Assembly (NCBI GenBank): GCA_040954595.2 | Contig: CM082578.2 | Coordinates: 4,446,831-4,510,830 of the forward strand | Reading direction: 5' to 3' | Origin: Balanoglossus misakiensis | Taxonomy: Eukaryota > Animalia > Hemichordata | DNA length: 64,000 bases | Part shown: positions 25,977-40,475 of the stretch, in pieces | Layout of the letters: each line of letters begins with the position of its first letter | Numbering within the stretch: the first letter of the stretch is position 1 | Made by a program: the position numbers and the translations under genes | Notes under the pieces: model-generated | Told to the model about the DNA's origin: nothing | Database searches by the model: none | Seen by the model: the letters and a program-made list of their open reading frames with translations, nothing else

Positions 25977-27107
25977 GTTCTTATATAAGCGAGCCGCATT
26001 ATCTTGAAGTTGGCTAGTGCAATTGTTTATACACTTTCTAATACCCCATGAATCTATCTTGGTGTTTCCAGGAGAAATATAGCCAGATCCCGTGCCAGGC
26101 ATGACATTTTTGCGTTGTTTGCATTATTTTATTTTCAAACTTAGAACGAAAGACCGACATGACAACGTATAAAAGCCATAATTGGTTTATTCCCCAAAAA
26201 AGGTAATCGCACCAATGATAATATCCAGGGAGCCAATGAAGGAATGGTCGTTGAAATAAAACTATGCGACCGAAGAAGATGCAGGTTAATTCATTGCTTC
26301 CATGGAAAGCAACGCAACGTTGAAAGATATTAATCTTCGATCCCTGTTGAGTTTTAGTGAAGCTTGTTTCAAAATGGAGGTCGGGGTTTACAGTCCCTTA
26401 ACAGCCAACACAGTCGCAGTAATGCGAATTTCGAACCACCATCGTCACTCACCTATAAGAGAAAAATCACATTCTTAAAGATATACACGCAAAATGTATT
26501 CAAATTTAGCTGACTTCAACATACAAAGTTATTTTTCACTAAATAAAAAACCGCATTGTAGACGGTGGGAATCGAACCAAGGCCCTCCACGACGAGAGGC
26601 AGTCTCTCTCTCTCCCTCCTCCCTCCCTCCCCCCTCTCTCCCTCCCTCCCTCCTCCCCCTCTCTCTCCACATCGAAGGTCGCCTCGCCATATGTATTAAC
26701 TGAGTGACACTGTATTCAAAGAAACAACTGAAATGTGAGCTGCATGAACGTCGATGATGAGATGGAAGTATCGAACAAAGGAAAACTTGCCGCCGCAACA
26801 ACAGATCATTTGGAAGCACACCAACGGAAAAGTCAAACAATACACAATTTCAGTCAGTAGGCCATAGGTCACTTCGAAATTTTGGGAGAAGTTAAAACCT
26901 GCGTACATGGATCAAATCACTCTATTTCTTTCGCACTATTAGGTTTTTGTTCGGAGAAAATGCGCCCACCAATTCATGAAAAAGGGGCAGCGAGAGAGAG
27001 ACTTTGTCCCTTTAAGGGAGCCCACCAAGAAACAATAGTGGATACAAAGAATAAAAATAATAAAATAAAGGTGTCAAAAGCTGCAGATAGTTGACCTTTG
27101 ACTTTAC

Positions 27108-27335
27108 CTGATCTCTCAACAACTCCCGAGACAGTATCTAAAGCTGCTACTTTCGCAGAAATTAGGTTCTTTAACCAGCAAATACCAGAATTTTCTCTGA
27201 AAGTCCATGCAAGACACTGACTGTTGCGTTTGCAATCTTCACAACATTCGGCTGGACTGCTCTTGATGTTTTGGAGTCCGTTATTGATGTCATTGCAAGG
27301 TATGTCGATACCATCTTCCATATTGCAGCTTGCGC
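27108..27335 (-). CDS. PAN/Apple domain exon, copy 1
   Basis: C..ND..ECCEDC..QCLAWTF..CWLKN..VSG pattern; 228-nt phase 1-1 exon. Confidence 0.8.
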
Positions 27336-27611
27336 CTGTGATAGCAAGAGTATGTTCCTGGAGTTGAATAAAATGTCCATCACACTGTTAAACCTAAATA
27401 TTGAATTAAGCTATCTCCAAATCTAATCAGACAAAATTGAAACACCATGTTATTCCGCCGATACATTGGATTTGGTCCAAGTCTAAGGGCTTATTAAATT
27501 TCTTTCAGAAAATTTTGTTCTGAGTTCCTACAGCGTGCGTGGAGTGAACGCGTCAGTGATGGGATCGGTAGCGCGTGTTATAGCATAGCATGGCGGTATA
27601 AGGGAGAATGT

Positions 27612-28780
27612 AATGTCCAAAGATGCCTTCAAAAATCGAGGGTCATGTCCAAAGTAGCCTTTAAAAAAATAGATGATAATGTCCAAAGAGGCCTTCAAAA
27701 ATAGAGGGTCATGTCAAGTAGCCTTCAAAAATAGATGTTCATGTCCAAAGTAGCCTTCAAAAATAGAGGGTCATGTCCAAAGAGGACTTCAAAAATAGAG
27801 GGTCATGCCCAAAGTACCCTTCAAAAATAGAGGGTCATGTCCAAAGTACCCTTCAAAAATAGAGGGTCATGTCCAAAGAGGACTTCGAAAAATAGATGGT
27901 CATGTCCAAAGTACCCTTCAAAAAATAGAGGGTCATGTCCAAAGTAGCCTTCAAAAATAGAGGGTCATGTCCAAAGTAGCCTTCAAAAATAGAGGGTCAT
28001 GTCCAAAGTAGCCTTCAAAAAATAGAGGGTCATGTCCAAAGTAGCCTTCAAAAATAGAGGGTCATGTCCAAAGTAGCCTTCAAAAATAGAGGGTCATGTC
28101 CAAAGTAGCCTTCAAAAATAGAGGGTCATGTCCAAAGTAGCCTTCAAAAATAGAGGGTCATGTCCAAAGAGGACTTCAAAAATAGATGGTCATGCCCAAA
28201 GTATCTTTCAAACATAGATGGTCATGCCCAAAGTAACTTTCAACAATAGATGGTCATGTCCAAAGAGGACTTCCAAAATCGAGGGTCATGTCCAAAGAGG
28301 CCTTCAAAAATAGAGGGTCATGTCCAAGGAGGCCTTCAAAAATCGAGGGCCATGTCCAAAGAGGCCTTCAAAAATAGAGGGTCATGTCCAAAGAGACCTT
28401 CAAAAATCGAGGGTCATGTCTAAAGAGGACTTCAAAAATAGATGGTCATGCCCAAAGTAGCCTTCAAAAATAGATGGTCCTGTCCAAAGAGGCCTTCCAA
28501 AATAGAGGGTCATGTCCAAAGAGGCCTTCAAAAAACGAGGGCCATGTCCAAAGAGGCCTTCAAAAATAGAGGGTCATGTCCAAGGAGGCCTTCAAAAATA
28601 GAGGGCCATGTCCAAAGAGGCCTTCAAAAATCGAGGGCCATGTCCAAAGAGGCCTTCAAAAATAGAGGGTCATGTCCAAAGAGGACTTCAAAAATAGATG
28701 GTCATGCCCAAAGTAACTTTCAAAAATAGAGGGTCATGTCCAAAGAGGCCTTCAAAAATAGAGGGTCATGTCCACAGTGG
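27612..28780. repeat. 32-bp minisatellite, about 36 units, intronic
   Basis: Unit CATGTCCAAAGTAGCCTTCAAAAATAGAGGGT. Confidence 0.95.
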
Positions 28781-31700
28781 CCAATGTTTCAGCAATTTGC
28801 CTTCGTGATTTTATATGGATGTTGTTTTTATAGTGTTCACAAGCTTGATTTTTCCCCATTTACACGTTATTAGAGTTCATATAACGTTAGGATGTCATTT
28901 CAATACAAATATTTTACAGGCTACCAGGATATATATAAATACATTCAATAAAATAATGTAATTTTACTTTGTCGTATCGGTATATCCTTGTAAATATTTC
29001 AGAAATTTAAAGATCTTAGCTTAGTTATCATCTACTGCATAGTAAAATGGCAGGTTAGCAAAATCAGCGAGATTACAATGAACTAGCACCATTCTGACTA
29101 AGTACTACTTACAGGTTGATGATGGACAAATTGTAACATTCATAAGTATAAACATTTTTCTGTGATACTGACAGCTTAGCAATTTTTCATTTTATTATAC
29201 TGCATTGCATTCCCAAATCTGTTATATTTGACTGGATATTGTGAAAAATGATGAAATATACTTAGTTAATTGCATGTAGTATAGTGGTTTAAATTGTCCG
29301 ATCATTGAAATCCCGTCTCTACTTACCCGTGCAGGAATCAAACTGTACACAGGCAGGACCAACGTGGTTGTTTGCAGTGTGCCAAAACCAGTTAGAGTTG
29401 GCTGTCGGTGACACCTCGACGCAGATATGAGAGAAACTCTCGCACTCTCCTTGAGACAGGTCAAAACTTAGTGTGATCGCGAAGTTGATAAGCGCATTTG
29501 TTTGAAAGGTCATGGGATCCGCTGGTAAGTTTGCTTCAACTATGTCTCCGTCGTTGCCAATGGAACCGGACAAGAATGCGTCAACTTTCAACAGATCCAC
29601 CAGTTGACCAGACAGCAATCCTGTACTGTGAGATGCTGTGGTGATCGTAACTGACAGATAGAAATCATTCGGTACTCCCATAAAAACATCAACTGTTCCG
29701 CTAACTTGCAATGGGCTCTGAGTTGCCGGGGCCACTTGAACTAGATGAAAGGAATATAGGAGTTAACACAGAGAAATTTCACCAGGAAAACAACTGCGAT
29801 CACTCTAAGCTTCCATATTCCAAAATGCAAAATTTCCATTAAACAAAGACAAAAATGTGCAAAAAGTGCAACTATCTCTTTACGCCTACCGATACAGGTT
29901 CCATTCACTGCCAGACAACTTGAAAGAATGTCGACTCCAGACCATTTCCATGGAAACATGGAGTTACCACCAGGGAATACACCAATGCAGATAAACTTGA
30001 GATCGTCACAACCGATATCAACCAATTCTGTTTCCATGAAAGTCACGTTATACATGGATATTGATATGTTCGGTGAGATAGACAAGGTACCGGAAGTGAC
30101 GTTGGTTGGTGGAGAAGTCACAAGAGCTGGGTCTTCCTCGGTAGTTTTCAGGCTCAAATTCATGCCGAATACATGGTTAATTTCACTGGAGAACTGTGCT
30201 GTGTCCGGTCCAATCGCTATGCTAACGTCGAGGGAAAAGCGTTTCGATGAACCCACGACAAGGTCAGCATTACTATTGGAACTAAGGCTCACATCGAGAG
30301 ATAGTCCGTCAATTTGATCTGAAGAGAAAAGGACAGCGTAACATATATCTGATGACCCAATTGAACATGTCTGCCTGCTTCATGTTCTATAGACAATCAA
30401 TTTAAACACGTGCATCTGCTACAAATGCACACCAGAATGCTACGTGAGAAACTAAATGTGTGGAGTTGTATATCTACAAGGAAACACACGAGTAAAGTTA
30501 CCCTGAAATGGTTACATCTCTGAAACTCATATTACGGATGAAAAACATGATTTTAATTCTAACTCACGTGTACACGTCGTCACCTCAACACAGTTTGTGA
30601 TACACCAGTCCTCGTAAAGCCACAAAAAGGGGGCGTCCTTCATAGGATAAATGTCGGCACACACATACGGGTACGTAGCACAGCCCACATCACGGAGGTC
30701 GTAGGTTGCCGTCAGGTTTTCCATGCTCACGTTGGAATCTGGAAGAATGACGGCCATTGTTGGTGAGATATGATCAGCTAAAACTTTCTTCGAGTATGCA
30801 TGCCCTGTTGCATTGGCGGAGAAGTAGAGCTGAACGTCGAATAAGTTATCCTCCATACTTGTGTAGTTTCCCCGTATCATTTCCGAGGTACAATTCAACG
30901 CCAATACATAACAACTGTGACGTTCCCATGGTTACGTTTATGTCTGCAAACACTTGCATATCAATTGGATCAATGGGATCTGCGAAGAAAAGATAAACAA
31001 CCATTATGTATGAATATGGCATTGTGCATTGAAAACTTCCTGGAAATGGGTTTTCCATGATTTTTGTAAGATTAAGCGATCGGGTCACGTGCCTATGGTA
31101 TATTGCATGTAATGAGTTTAAAAGTTCCGACTGATAGCTTAATATAAGGGTTACGTGTTTCTTAACCTGTAAAATAGAGTCACACAAGTGTTGATATGGT
31201 CCAAAAACATCACAAATGTACACACGTGGTAACCATAAGCTAATCATCATTATTGAACTTTTATATACTCACAAAGACAATCTCCTATCTCTGCACAATC
31301 ATGCAGTTCTCTTCACGTCGCCTGTCCACTGCCAAACTTCTGTGTCAACAGGATAAATCTCAACACAAATGAAGTTGTAGTGGTTGCACGGTATAGGATC
31401 GAAGTTGGCCTGAACATCTACCAGCACAGCCATATGATTAGAAAGTGTGACGTCATGTCCGAGTACAACAGCTGTTGTCCTGTGGGTCTGCGTTGCCCCC
31501 TCATCTCCAAGTGTTACGAGCGCTGATGTTTCTGTTGTATTGACATGCACACCGGTTGTTGGGTCTGCACCACTGGAAGTCCCAGTTTCCATTGTTGTAT
31601 TACCCAGAGAGCTGTTCGTGGGCGCAGTCTCTTGGGAAGCTACATGTATCGGCGAAACCAAGTCATCCCCAGCCGCGCTGACGTCAGACACAGCCAGGAA

Positions 31701-32684
31701 AGCGTTGATTGAAAACAAATCCGCTGCAGTGCCCTCTACTGTTCGGCTGGCGTAAACAATCGGCAGTTCAACGTTCAAATGGAAGTCAATCTGCCTACCT
31801 TGCACAACATCCGGGATATAATCAGGGCGGACGCGGAGGGTTGGAGTAGCGCTGATGAATGCTTGAAAGAGAAAGAGATTTAACCACGTCATTTTGTGCT
31901 CGTGTCTATTTTACAGTTAATAATGAATGTTAGCAAAGGTAACGTGAGATGGGTAGTTAGCCGTTCTTACAAAATTGCAGCCATTGGTGTTACTAACACA
32001 ATTAAAAGCTCAAGTCGTGTGATCAGGAACAGTGCACGTGGCTATAACTGGCCTACTATGAAGAAACAAAATAACCATAAGGGCAGGTGGAAGCCAATCC
32101 ATTTATATACGCACATGTATCTGCCGTCGATGCCAACTAACAGCAACTATACCGTGTACACTTATTCGCACAAGTTATTAGTTTTTAAATTTATCATATC
32201 ACTCTAAAATAATTGAAAATCAAACAGAACTTTGTACTGCACATTTATTGAAACATCCTGACCATGGTAATACATTTGGTATGTTTAATTAGAAAAGGAG
32301 ATTATGTTATCAATTACCTGGACTCGATGGTTGTGGTGTATGCAATGGCATGGGCGTTGTCTCAGGATTTCCAACGGACAGTACCTTTTCACCAACCCCA
32401 AACAATGCACCTTACAAAGAATCAACATACTCAAATTGCTTAACTAGGTTAGTACGAATATATACGAATATTTATGTATTATTATTTATTTTTATTTATT
32501 CATGTATTCACGAACCAACAGGTTGCCGCAATAACAGGTTCGTTTGTAATAAAATCACTGTACAGAATAAAATAAGAAAAAAACAGCTGAATAACAACAG
32601 ACAAACAAATGAACGTACTGGCAAGACATTGACGTATGAAAGAAAATAGGGAACTGTGATAAACACACATAAATCATGATATAG

Positions 32685-33511
32685 TTACATAGTTACTCGT
32701 GGTTTTCGCGGAAGCGTACAACTTCTCGCCTGCGGCTCGAAGTTGCATAGCTCTGCGTACAGGTCTGTGTGTTCCCGGCGTTACACGGCCTCCACCCACA
32801 GCCCTGCAAGGCGCCATAGAAAAAACTGGTGCTTCTGCGGTCCGGATCCGGACCGCAGCTTTTTCGGCCGAAATTCGATTTTATCGAAGCAAAATCCTTT
32901 CCCTGTCTACTTCTGCCTCCTAACCGACTCCAAATATGATGCGATTAACTTGTCCTATGATGAACTATCGCTGATCATTCATAAAATCTCCCAACAAGTC
33001 GTCCCGTTGAGTTCCGTTCGCTCGAAGTTCGGCCTTACACAAATATAATCGATTCTCTAACAATTTTACTGCAACCTGTTGCCACGTCTTATACATTTCG
33101 TTGACCGGTGGAATAGAGAGGTTCAGTCGTCACGCTGAACTGGCTCGAAACAATTCCCCACGCTGATTCGACTCGGAACGTACCGGACTTGCGCCTAGCC
33201 TAGGCTATGTGTACCTGACCCAAAACTTTGACAGCCACGATCGTCCATGATCGTTGCGTCGACTGTCTTCTTTCCAAATTCCACCTTTCTGTTTTGAGCT
33301 TACAAAGCGATATTGTCATGGAACCGTCATTTTTTTGTTTCATTTCTGTATTGTAAATGCCGCTGCACGTACTGTTTCTGTTTGATAACAAAGCTACGGC
33401 GAATCGGTGGAAATAGTTCCGGTTGATGACGTAACACAGGGGTGATCTGGATTTTTGATCAGTCCTGGTCTACGTCACACAGGTGGTGATCAGGGCCAGT
33501 TCATGTGATAA
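32685..33511. mobile_element. Unclassified composite insertion without evident TSD
   Basis: Absent from the other units (empty site GATATAG|AATACAG); left part matches 10431-10606, right part matches 42740-43167. Confidence 0.7.
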
Positions 33512-34768
33512 AATACAGTTATTCAGTAAAAAGGAGTTAATGAATGCCGAAAACTGGTGTAGTTACCAAAAATTTCAACACGTTACCGGGTCGTGGTTTT
33601 ACGTATCCATGCTTAAATGTTGTTCGTTTAAATTCTGATGTATTCATTTTTTTAAAGTCAAATTATCTGACGTGATTGTTTGTTTCCGTCTGATGTTTAT
33701 ATAACGTGGAACATGAGAAAATTGAAAATAAATGCATGCAAACTATACGTCCTTCTTTCCAAGTGTTTGGACAAAGGGAAGGGGTCGTTGCGCCGCGTGC
33801 CTGTCCCCCTTGATGAGAATATGTCCTCTCATACCAGCACAAACCTCACTGCAATTGCCACGACCTACTAGGATCTTCAGTTGCTGTCATGCCCAGTCTA
33901 TGCTACGGTTGGCTGCTTCGTGAATTCATTGAATTAAAAGTACCTCCATGGTTAATTCTAATAATGATCTAATTTCAGGGATTTGTATATGAACTTTGAT
34001 GTTCATAAACAAACAAACGCACCAACGCGGCGCGACGACTCCTTCACTTTAAGCTAAGCCTTCGGATTTTGGAAGGCGATAACATAACGTCGGTTTGATC
34101 TAAGGGAGAACTATTTGATTTCTTGGGTGGTAAGATTTGGATATGTCAAAATTTGTTCAACCACTATAACAGCAAATGTTATATTTTTATTATCAGAGTC
34201 AACCTTTTTATTGAGAGCGTTGCAGCAAGTATTGTTTTTCTCAGCACCCTCTGCCAACATTGTTATCCAAAATCCACCACCCACCCCACCTCCAGAAATT
34301 AAATGGTTGTCCTCTAACCGTGATTGAGGTGGACAAAAAATACATACCAGTAAATAGTCCAACCGCAGCACCACCACCAGCGAGTATCAGCCCCGTGGTG
34401 AGTAAGGCCCCGATGATAACCTTCCGCCGTCGTTTTTGGCCCGTGTTGACATCTGTCTGTGGAGCAAACCCAATATATATATTTAAGATACAGGAACCAC
34501 ATATGTTCATTTAAGAACGAACAATACCGAGACGCGACTGAATTAAACAAACACGTGTGGACTCTAAAGGATCAGAAAATAAAGTACAGTAAAAAATTGC
34601 GAAAAATAAAACACGCAAAATAATATTCTAACATCAACAAAAAATGCAATTTGTGCTTATGGGAGTACTTCATCATATGTAGACCAAATATGGCCACACT
34701 GAACAAACAAAATGAACACTTGTCGGCCCGTCTTGACATCTGTCTGTGAAGCAAATCCAATATACCTT

Positions 34769-34957
34769 AGAGAGAGGGGGGAGAGGGAGGGAGGGAGGGA
34801 TAGAGAGAGAGGGAGGGAGAGAGAGGGAGGGAGAGAGGGGAGGGAGAGGGATAGAGAGAGATGGGAGGGAGGGAGAGAGCGGGGAGAGAGGGAGGGAGGA
34901 GGGAGGGAGGGAGAGACCGACAGACAGAGACAGGGAGACAGAGATTACAGAGAGAGA
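34769..34957. repeat. GA-rich simple repeat (paralogs at about 53980-54120 and 61250-61440)
   Basis: (GA)n/(GGGA)n tract. Confidence 0.9.
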
Positions 34958-36665
34958 TTATGTGTGTCGCTCGTCAACATATGGATTGAAAGGTGGTCGT
35001 CTTCTTGTCAGCGGCTGTTGGTATGGGTCCCATACGACACAGTTTCTAACAAGATTTTGTATTTAAAATCGGCGTACAGTGTAGCTGTTACAAAGTACAA
35101 AATTGAAAGCAATATGTTTGGTACTTTGGTATTGCATTGTACATCACGGCAAACAATTCGTCGATAAGTTCATCACATTCCAAGTCAATTTGATAATGAC
35201 ATTTTGGTTACCAAGGTCTCCCTGAAGTCTGGGAACAAGACATGAACATGGCAGCTATGACATGAAAGGAATCCACACTCTTATTACAAACCCAATGTGG
35301 TCTAAACATTATGCATCACTGTACATAGAGAAAAGTTGTCTCAACATTAAATAACCGGGTAGGGACCATAAATTGTTTCACCGAATGTTCACTTTTGCCT
35401 CTCTATATACAAACAGAGCAGAGAATGAGTACTTTAGTATTTTAGCGTGTTTCAACTAGTAAAACACCATGAACAGCTTTTCAAATCAAACAAAATTCAC
35501 GAAAAAAGTTCAAAAAGAGCGACTTTATCTCTCTAAGGTATGTTAAAAACTTTCAAATTACTCTTGAGGACTATTGTTGCTCCAAAAATTGTTTTGATTA
35601 CAAGTTAAAACTGCCTAATTACCGGTAATACCGCAGATTTGTTACAAATATTTTTTCAAGTTTGAAGTACTTAATTTGAAGACAGCTTATGTTTACCACG
35701 GTGAATATCTTCATAACATTCATATCATGCAGTTATTACAGCCAGATGGTATGCAACAATAATTGTACGTTTCAAGTCTAAAATCGCGCGTTTCACTTAC
35801 CTTATCCCTAAATGGTGCTACTTTACTGCTTTTCATCGCAGAAGTGAACTAAATCCTCGTCCTCTTCACTTTTGAGGAGTTTCTCTGACTTGGGTCGACG
35901 TCGGCAAGTCTCGCGATATCAAACAAGTGCATCTAGTTTTATTCTCTGTTTTCAAAATGACACGCAGCACATTTTGAATATTGCAAAGCCTGGGAAGGTT
36001 TTGAGGGCTATGGTGTTTAGTGTCTTTCACCGACGGTCATACCACTTTGAACACAGGAAAAGTAACTTTGGGCAAAAAAACGTAGCCAGGTAACGCAACT
36101 TTTCTTAAGAATTGTATAAAACTTACATTTGGTCAGGTATAAGTATCTTAGCAGAAACCAGTGGAAAACTTCACTACTTTAAAAAGAACATAGCCCAACG
36201 TATCATGTTTCAATTGAGACTACCGTGTATTGGGTAGAATGCCTCATAATACACAATAGAGCTATTCTATAGGGAATTTGAATAGTATAATATAATGCGC
36301 TCGGACAAATAAGAGGATTGGAGGTTTACCTTTTCATTCTTTTCCACCTACTTTGTTATAGTAAGCCACACAAGAAGGCTTGCTTTCATGGTACAATGAG
36401 CTTTAAAATAGTGTTAAAAATTTGCCGCAGTTCTGCCTACTCAAGTTGTTCGGCGCTTCAGTAACCTCCAATGTTCTTATATAAGCGAGCCGCATTATCT
36501 CGAAGTTGGCTAGTGCAATTGTTAATACACTTTCTAATACCCCCTAAATCTATCTTACGTGATTCCTGGAGAAATATAGCCAGATCCCGTGCCAGGCACT
36601 GAGAAAATTGACATTTTTGCGTTGTTTGCATTATTCTATTCTCAAACTTAGAATTGTTCATTTAA

Positions 36666-36852
36666 AGGTATATGGTGACCTATGGATGTTGAGCTACAGT
36701 TACCATGGTAAACTTAAGATCTAGCCAATCATTGATTTTCAGTGGGTGGCACACGCGAAAATAAAGAGGGCCACAATATATTCTTTAGAACCCCCAAATA
36801 CGCCATTTCAGCCATATATGGGCGTATGTAAATTGGAGGTGACTGTATACCT
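36666..36852. mobile_element. Kolobok-like MITE
   Basis: TTAA on both sides, imperfect TIR AGGTATATGGTGACCT versus AGGTATACAGTCACCT. Confidence 0.7.
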
Positions 36853-37947
36853 TTAATGAGCTAATCGATGGTTAAACACAAACATATTATCAACTTCTGA
36901 TTGTGGCCGTACATGGACATATGAACCAATTAAAGAATAACCAGATGTCGCACCCGTTTATTCAACTACCCATTTCAAGAGTACTTTCTACTGTGGTATG
37001 CACACATGCACATTGGAATCTTCACTAATTCAATAAAAGGTTTTCTGTGGCCTGCTAAAAGTGGAAGCTCTTGGGGCTTTAATGCTCCAGACATTTTGGA
37101 AAAAATCCTTCTTTTTCTAACACAAATAAGTCCTTCGGTATTAGCTAGAGAGTTTCTGGTCACGCGAACTTTTTTCAACTATCTCAAAGTCGTATTTTCG
37201 CTTTTCCACTTCCAACGACCACTATGAGACCAAATAGTCTTCGTAGCCTTTCTACAACTATGAAGCGCTTCAACTATACCAGATACTATTTACAACGACA
37301 TGTAGATTCGCCGTTGAAAATATGCGAAGAAATTCAAAGCAAGAAACTTGCACTTTGGGTTAGAGGCATGAAACTTGGTACAATTTTTCACTGACTCATG
37401 GCGGTTGTTTTAAAATATGGATTCCAAAAGACAGCTGTCTAAAATAATTGCTTTTGTTTACAGAAAAACGCAGTTTCGAATTCTTCATATCTCGGGTAAG
37501 AGGTACGAAGCGCCCTCAAACGACTGTACCTTACAGCCCACACAGTACTCTATTTGGCTCCGTAGCCGCCAAATGTCGCATATTTTTTTCCACTGTAAAT
37601 ACATGAAATATATTCCTTATCCTGTAAAATCACCTTTAAGCTATATTACTTGCATTTCCATCAGTTTGTTATCTCTTGGCGACGCATACCCCGATAGCTG
37701 CGTACTGTTTATATGGAGGCTGATTAATCGGTGCAGCACCGTTTTAATACATAGCATGTTCAAATTGCAACTTAACATGCAGTCATAGTTGGGCATATAG
37801 TGTTCATGTATACCTATCAGAAAGCTTATTTAGATGGCCCAATTTAGGTTGGAAAATAAAATCAAAAAATGTAAAACGTGGCAGCTCTAGAGGTGTACTT
37901 GCGAATGCTTGCGAATCACACTCATACATGTACTAGGTTTTTTTCTC

Positions 37948-39195
37948 GAACAGCTTTTCAAATTAAACAAAATTCACGAAAAAAGTTCAAAAAGAGCTAC
38001 TTTATCTCTCTAAGGTATGTTTGAAATTACTCGTGAGGACTATTTTGCTCCGACTGGATTAGTTTTTATGTAACCTATTAAATTCTTTCAGAAATTGTTT
38101 TGATTGAAAGATTAAAACTGCCTAATTACCGGTAATACCGCAGATTTGTTACAAATAGTTTTTTCAAGATTGGAGTCCTAAATTTGAAGACAGCTGTATG
38201 TTTACCACGGCGAATATCTTCATATCAAACATTCATATCATGCAGTTATTACAGCCAGATGGTATGCGACTACAATTGTACGTTTCAGAGTCTATAAACG
38301 CGCGTTTCACTTACCTTATCCCTAAATGGTGCTACTTTACTGCTTTTCATCGCGGAAGTGAAATAAATCCTGTTTTGTCCCCTTCCTTTCTATCACAGTG
38401 CTTCACTTTGGAGGAGCTTCTCTGACTTGGGTCGACGTCGGCAAGTCTCGCGATATCAAACAAGTGCATCTAGTTTTATTCTCTGTTTTCAAAGTGACAC
38501 GCAGCACATTTTGAACGAATATTGCAAAGTCTGGTAAAGTTTTGAGGGCTATGCTGTTTGTTGTCTGTCACCGACGGTCATACCACTTTGAACACAGGAA
38601 AAATAACTTTGGGCAGAAAAACGTAGCCAGGCAACACAACTTTTCTTAAGAATTGTATAAAACGTACATTTGTTCAGGTATAAGTATCTTAGTATGAACT
38701 AGTGGAACACTATTCACTATTTTAAAAAGAACATAGCCCAGCGTGTCATGTTTCAATTGAGACTATCGTGTATTGGGTAGAATTCCTCATAATACATAAT
38801 AGAGCTATTCCTTGGGTAATTGAATAGTATAAATATAATCCGCTCGGACAAATAAGAGGATTGGAGGTTTGCCTGTTCATTCTTTTCCACCTACTTTGTT
38901 ACAGTAAGCCACGCAAGAAGGCTTGCTTTCATGGTACAATGAGCTTTAAAATAGTGTTAAAAATTTGCCGCAGTTCTGCCTACTCAAGTTGTTCGGCGCT
39001 TCAGTAATCTCCAATGTTCTTATATAAGCGAGCCGCATTATCTCGAAGTTGGCTAGTGCAATTGTTAATACACTTTCTAATACCCCCTAAATCTATCTTA
39101 CATGTTTCCTAGAGAAGTATAGTCAGATCCCGTGCCAGGCACTGAGAAAATTGAAAATTTTGCGTTGTTTGCATTATTTTATTTGCAAACTTAGA
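37948..39195 (+). repeat. Second copy of the intergenic spacer segment 35471-36653
   Basis: Colinear, diverged direct repeat separated from the first by about 1.3 kb of unrelated DNA. Confidence 0.85.
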
Positions 39196-40191
39196 ACGAA
39201 TAACCGACATGACAACGTAACAAAGCCAGAATTGGTTTATTCCCCCCAAAAGGTAATCGCACCAATGATAATATCCAGGGAGTCGATGAAGGAATGGTCT
39301 TTGAAATACTACTATGCGACAGAAGAAGATGCAGGTTAATTTATTGCTTCCATGCAAAGCAACGAAACGTTGAAAGATATTAATCTTGGATCCCTGTTGA
39401 GTTTTGGTGAAGCTTGTTTCAAAATGGAGGTCGGGGTTTACAGTCCCTTAACATCCAACACAGTCGCTGTAATGCGAATTTTGGTCCACCATCGTCACTC
39501 ACCTGTAAGAGAAAAATCACATTCTTAAAGATATACGCGCAAAATGGATTCAAATTTAGCTGACTTTAACATACAAAGTTAGTTTTCACTAGATCAAAAA
39601 CCGCATTGTAGACGGTGGTTATCGAACCCAGGCCCTCCACGACGAGCGGTAGTCTCTCTCTCTCTACTCTGCCGCCCTATCCCACTCTCTCTCTCTCTCT
39701 CCCTCTCCCTCCCCCTCCTCCCCCCTCCCTCCTCCCCTCTCTCTCCACATCGAAGGTCGCCTCGCCACCTATTGTCTAAGAGACAATGTATACAAAAAAA
39801 CAACTGAAATGTGAGCTGCATGAATGTCGATGATGAGACGGAAGTAGCGAACAAAGGAAAACTTGCCCCCGCAACAACAGATCATTTGGAAGCACACCAA
39901 AGGAAAAGTCAAACAATACACAATTTCAGTCAGTAGGTCATAGGTCACTTCGAAATTTTGGAAGAAGTTAAAACCTGCGGATACGTATACATGGATCAAA
40001 TCATTATATTTCTTTCGCACTATTAGGTTTTTGTTCGGAGAAAATGCGCCCACCAATTCATGAAAAAGGGGCAGCGAGAGAGAGACTTTGTCCCTTTAAG
40101 GGAGCCCACCAAGAAACAATAGTGGATACAAAGAAGAAAAATAATAAAAGAAAGGTGTCAAAAGCTACAGATAGTTGACCTTTGACTTTAC

Positions 40192-40419
40192 CTGATCTCT
40201 CAACAACTCCCGAGACAGTATCTGCAGCTGCTACTTTCGCAGAAATTAGGTTCTTTAACCAGCATATACCAGTATTTTCTCTGAAAGTCCATGCAAGACA
40301 CTGACTGTTGCGTTTGCAATCTTCACAACATTCGGCTGGACTGCTCTTGATGTTTTGGAGTCCGTTATTGATGTCATTGTAAGGTATAGCGATACCATCT
40401 TCCATATTGCAACTTGCGC
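40192..40419 (-). CDS. PAN/Apple domain exon, copy 2
   Basis: Same Cys pattern and splice sites as copy 1. Confidence 0.8.
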
Positions 40420-40475
40420 CTGTGATATCAAGAATATGTTCGTGTAGTTGAATAAAATGTTCATCACACTGTTAA

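Larger units (their letters stand above)
26445..34456 (-). pseudogene. Tandem gene copy 1 (type II membrane protein with four Cys-domain repeats and PAN/Apple), disrupted
   Basis: Exons 34348-34456, 32318-32410, 31273-31861, 30568-30979, 29890-30318, 29327-29740, 27108-27335, 26445-26452; 4-bp insertion with stop near 31299 and a +1 frameshift near 30872. Confidence 0.75.

Noticed and set aside
27612-28780. CRISPR-like regular repeats and ORFs 28442-28729 and 43542-43862
   Set aside because: Contiguous tandem units with no unique spacers and no cas genes; the ORFs are minisatellite read-through
29113-29160. Possible micro-exon ending at a GTAAGT donor
   Set aside because: In-phase stop in copy 1, donor mutated in copy 2, deleted in copy 3
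34200-34347. Extension of the TM exon ([13 protein letters not shown]..) and BEL insertion into coding sequence
   Set aside because: A strong phase-1 donor G|GTATGT precedes it and the region has frame-breaking indels between copies, so it is intronic
34960-35100. Candidate N-terminal exon (WDPYQQPLTRRRPPFNPYV)
   Set aside because: No convincing start or donor and partly deleted in copy 3; left unannotated
34712-35167. Arg/Glu/Gly-rich ORFs (also 61194-61614)
   Set aside because: Translations of GA microsatellite
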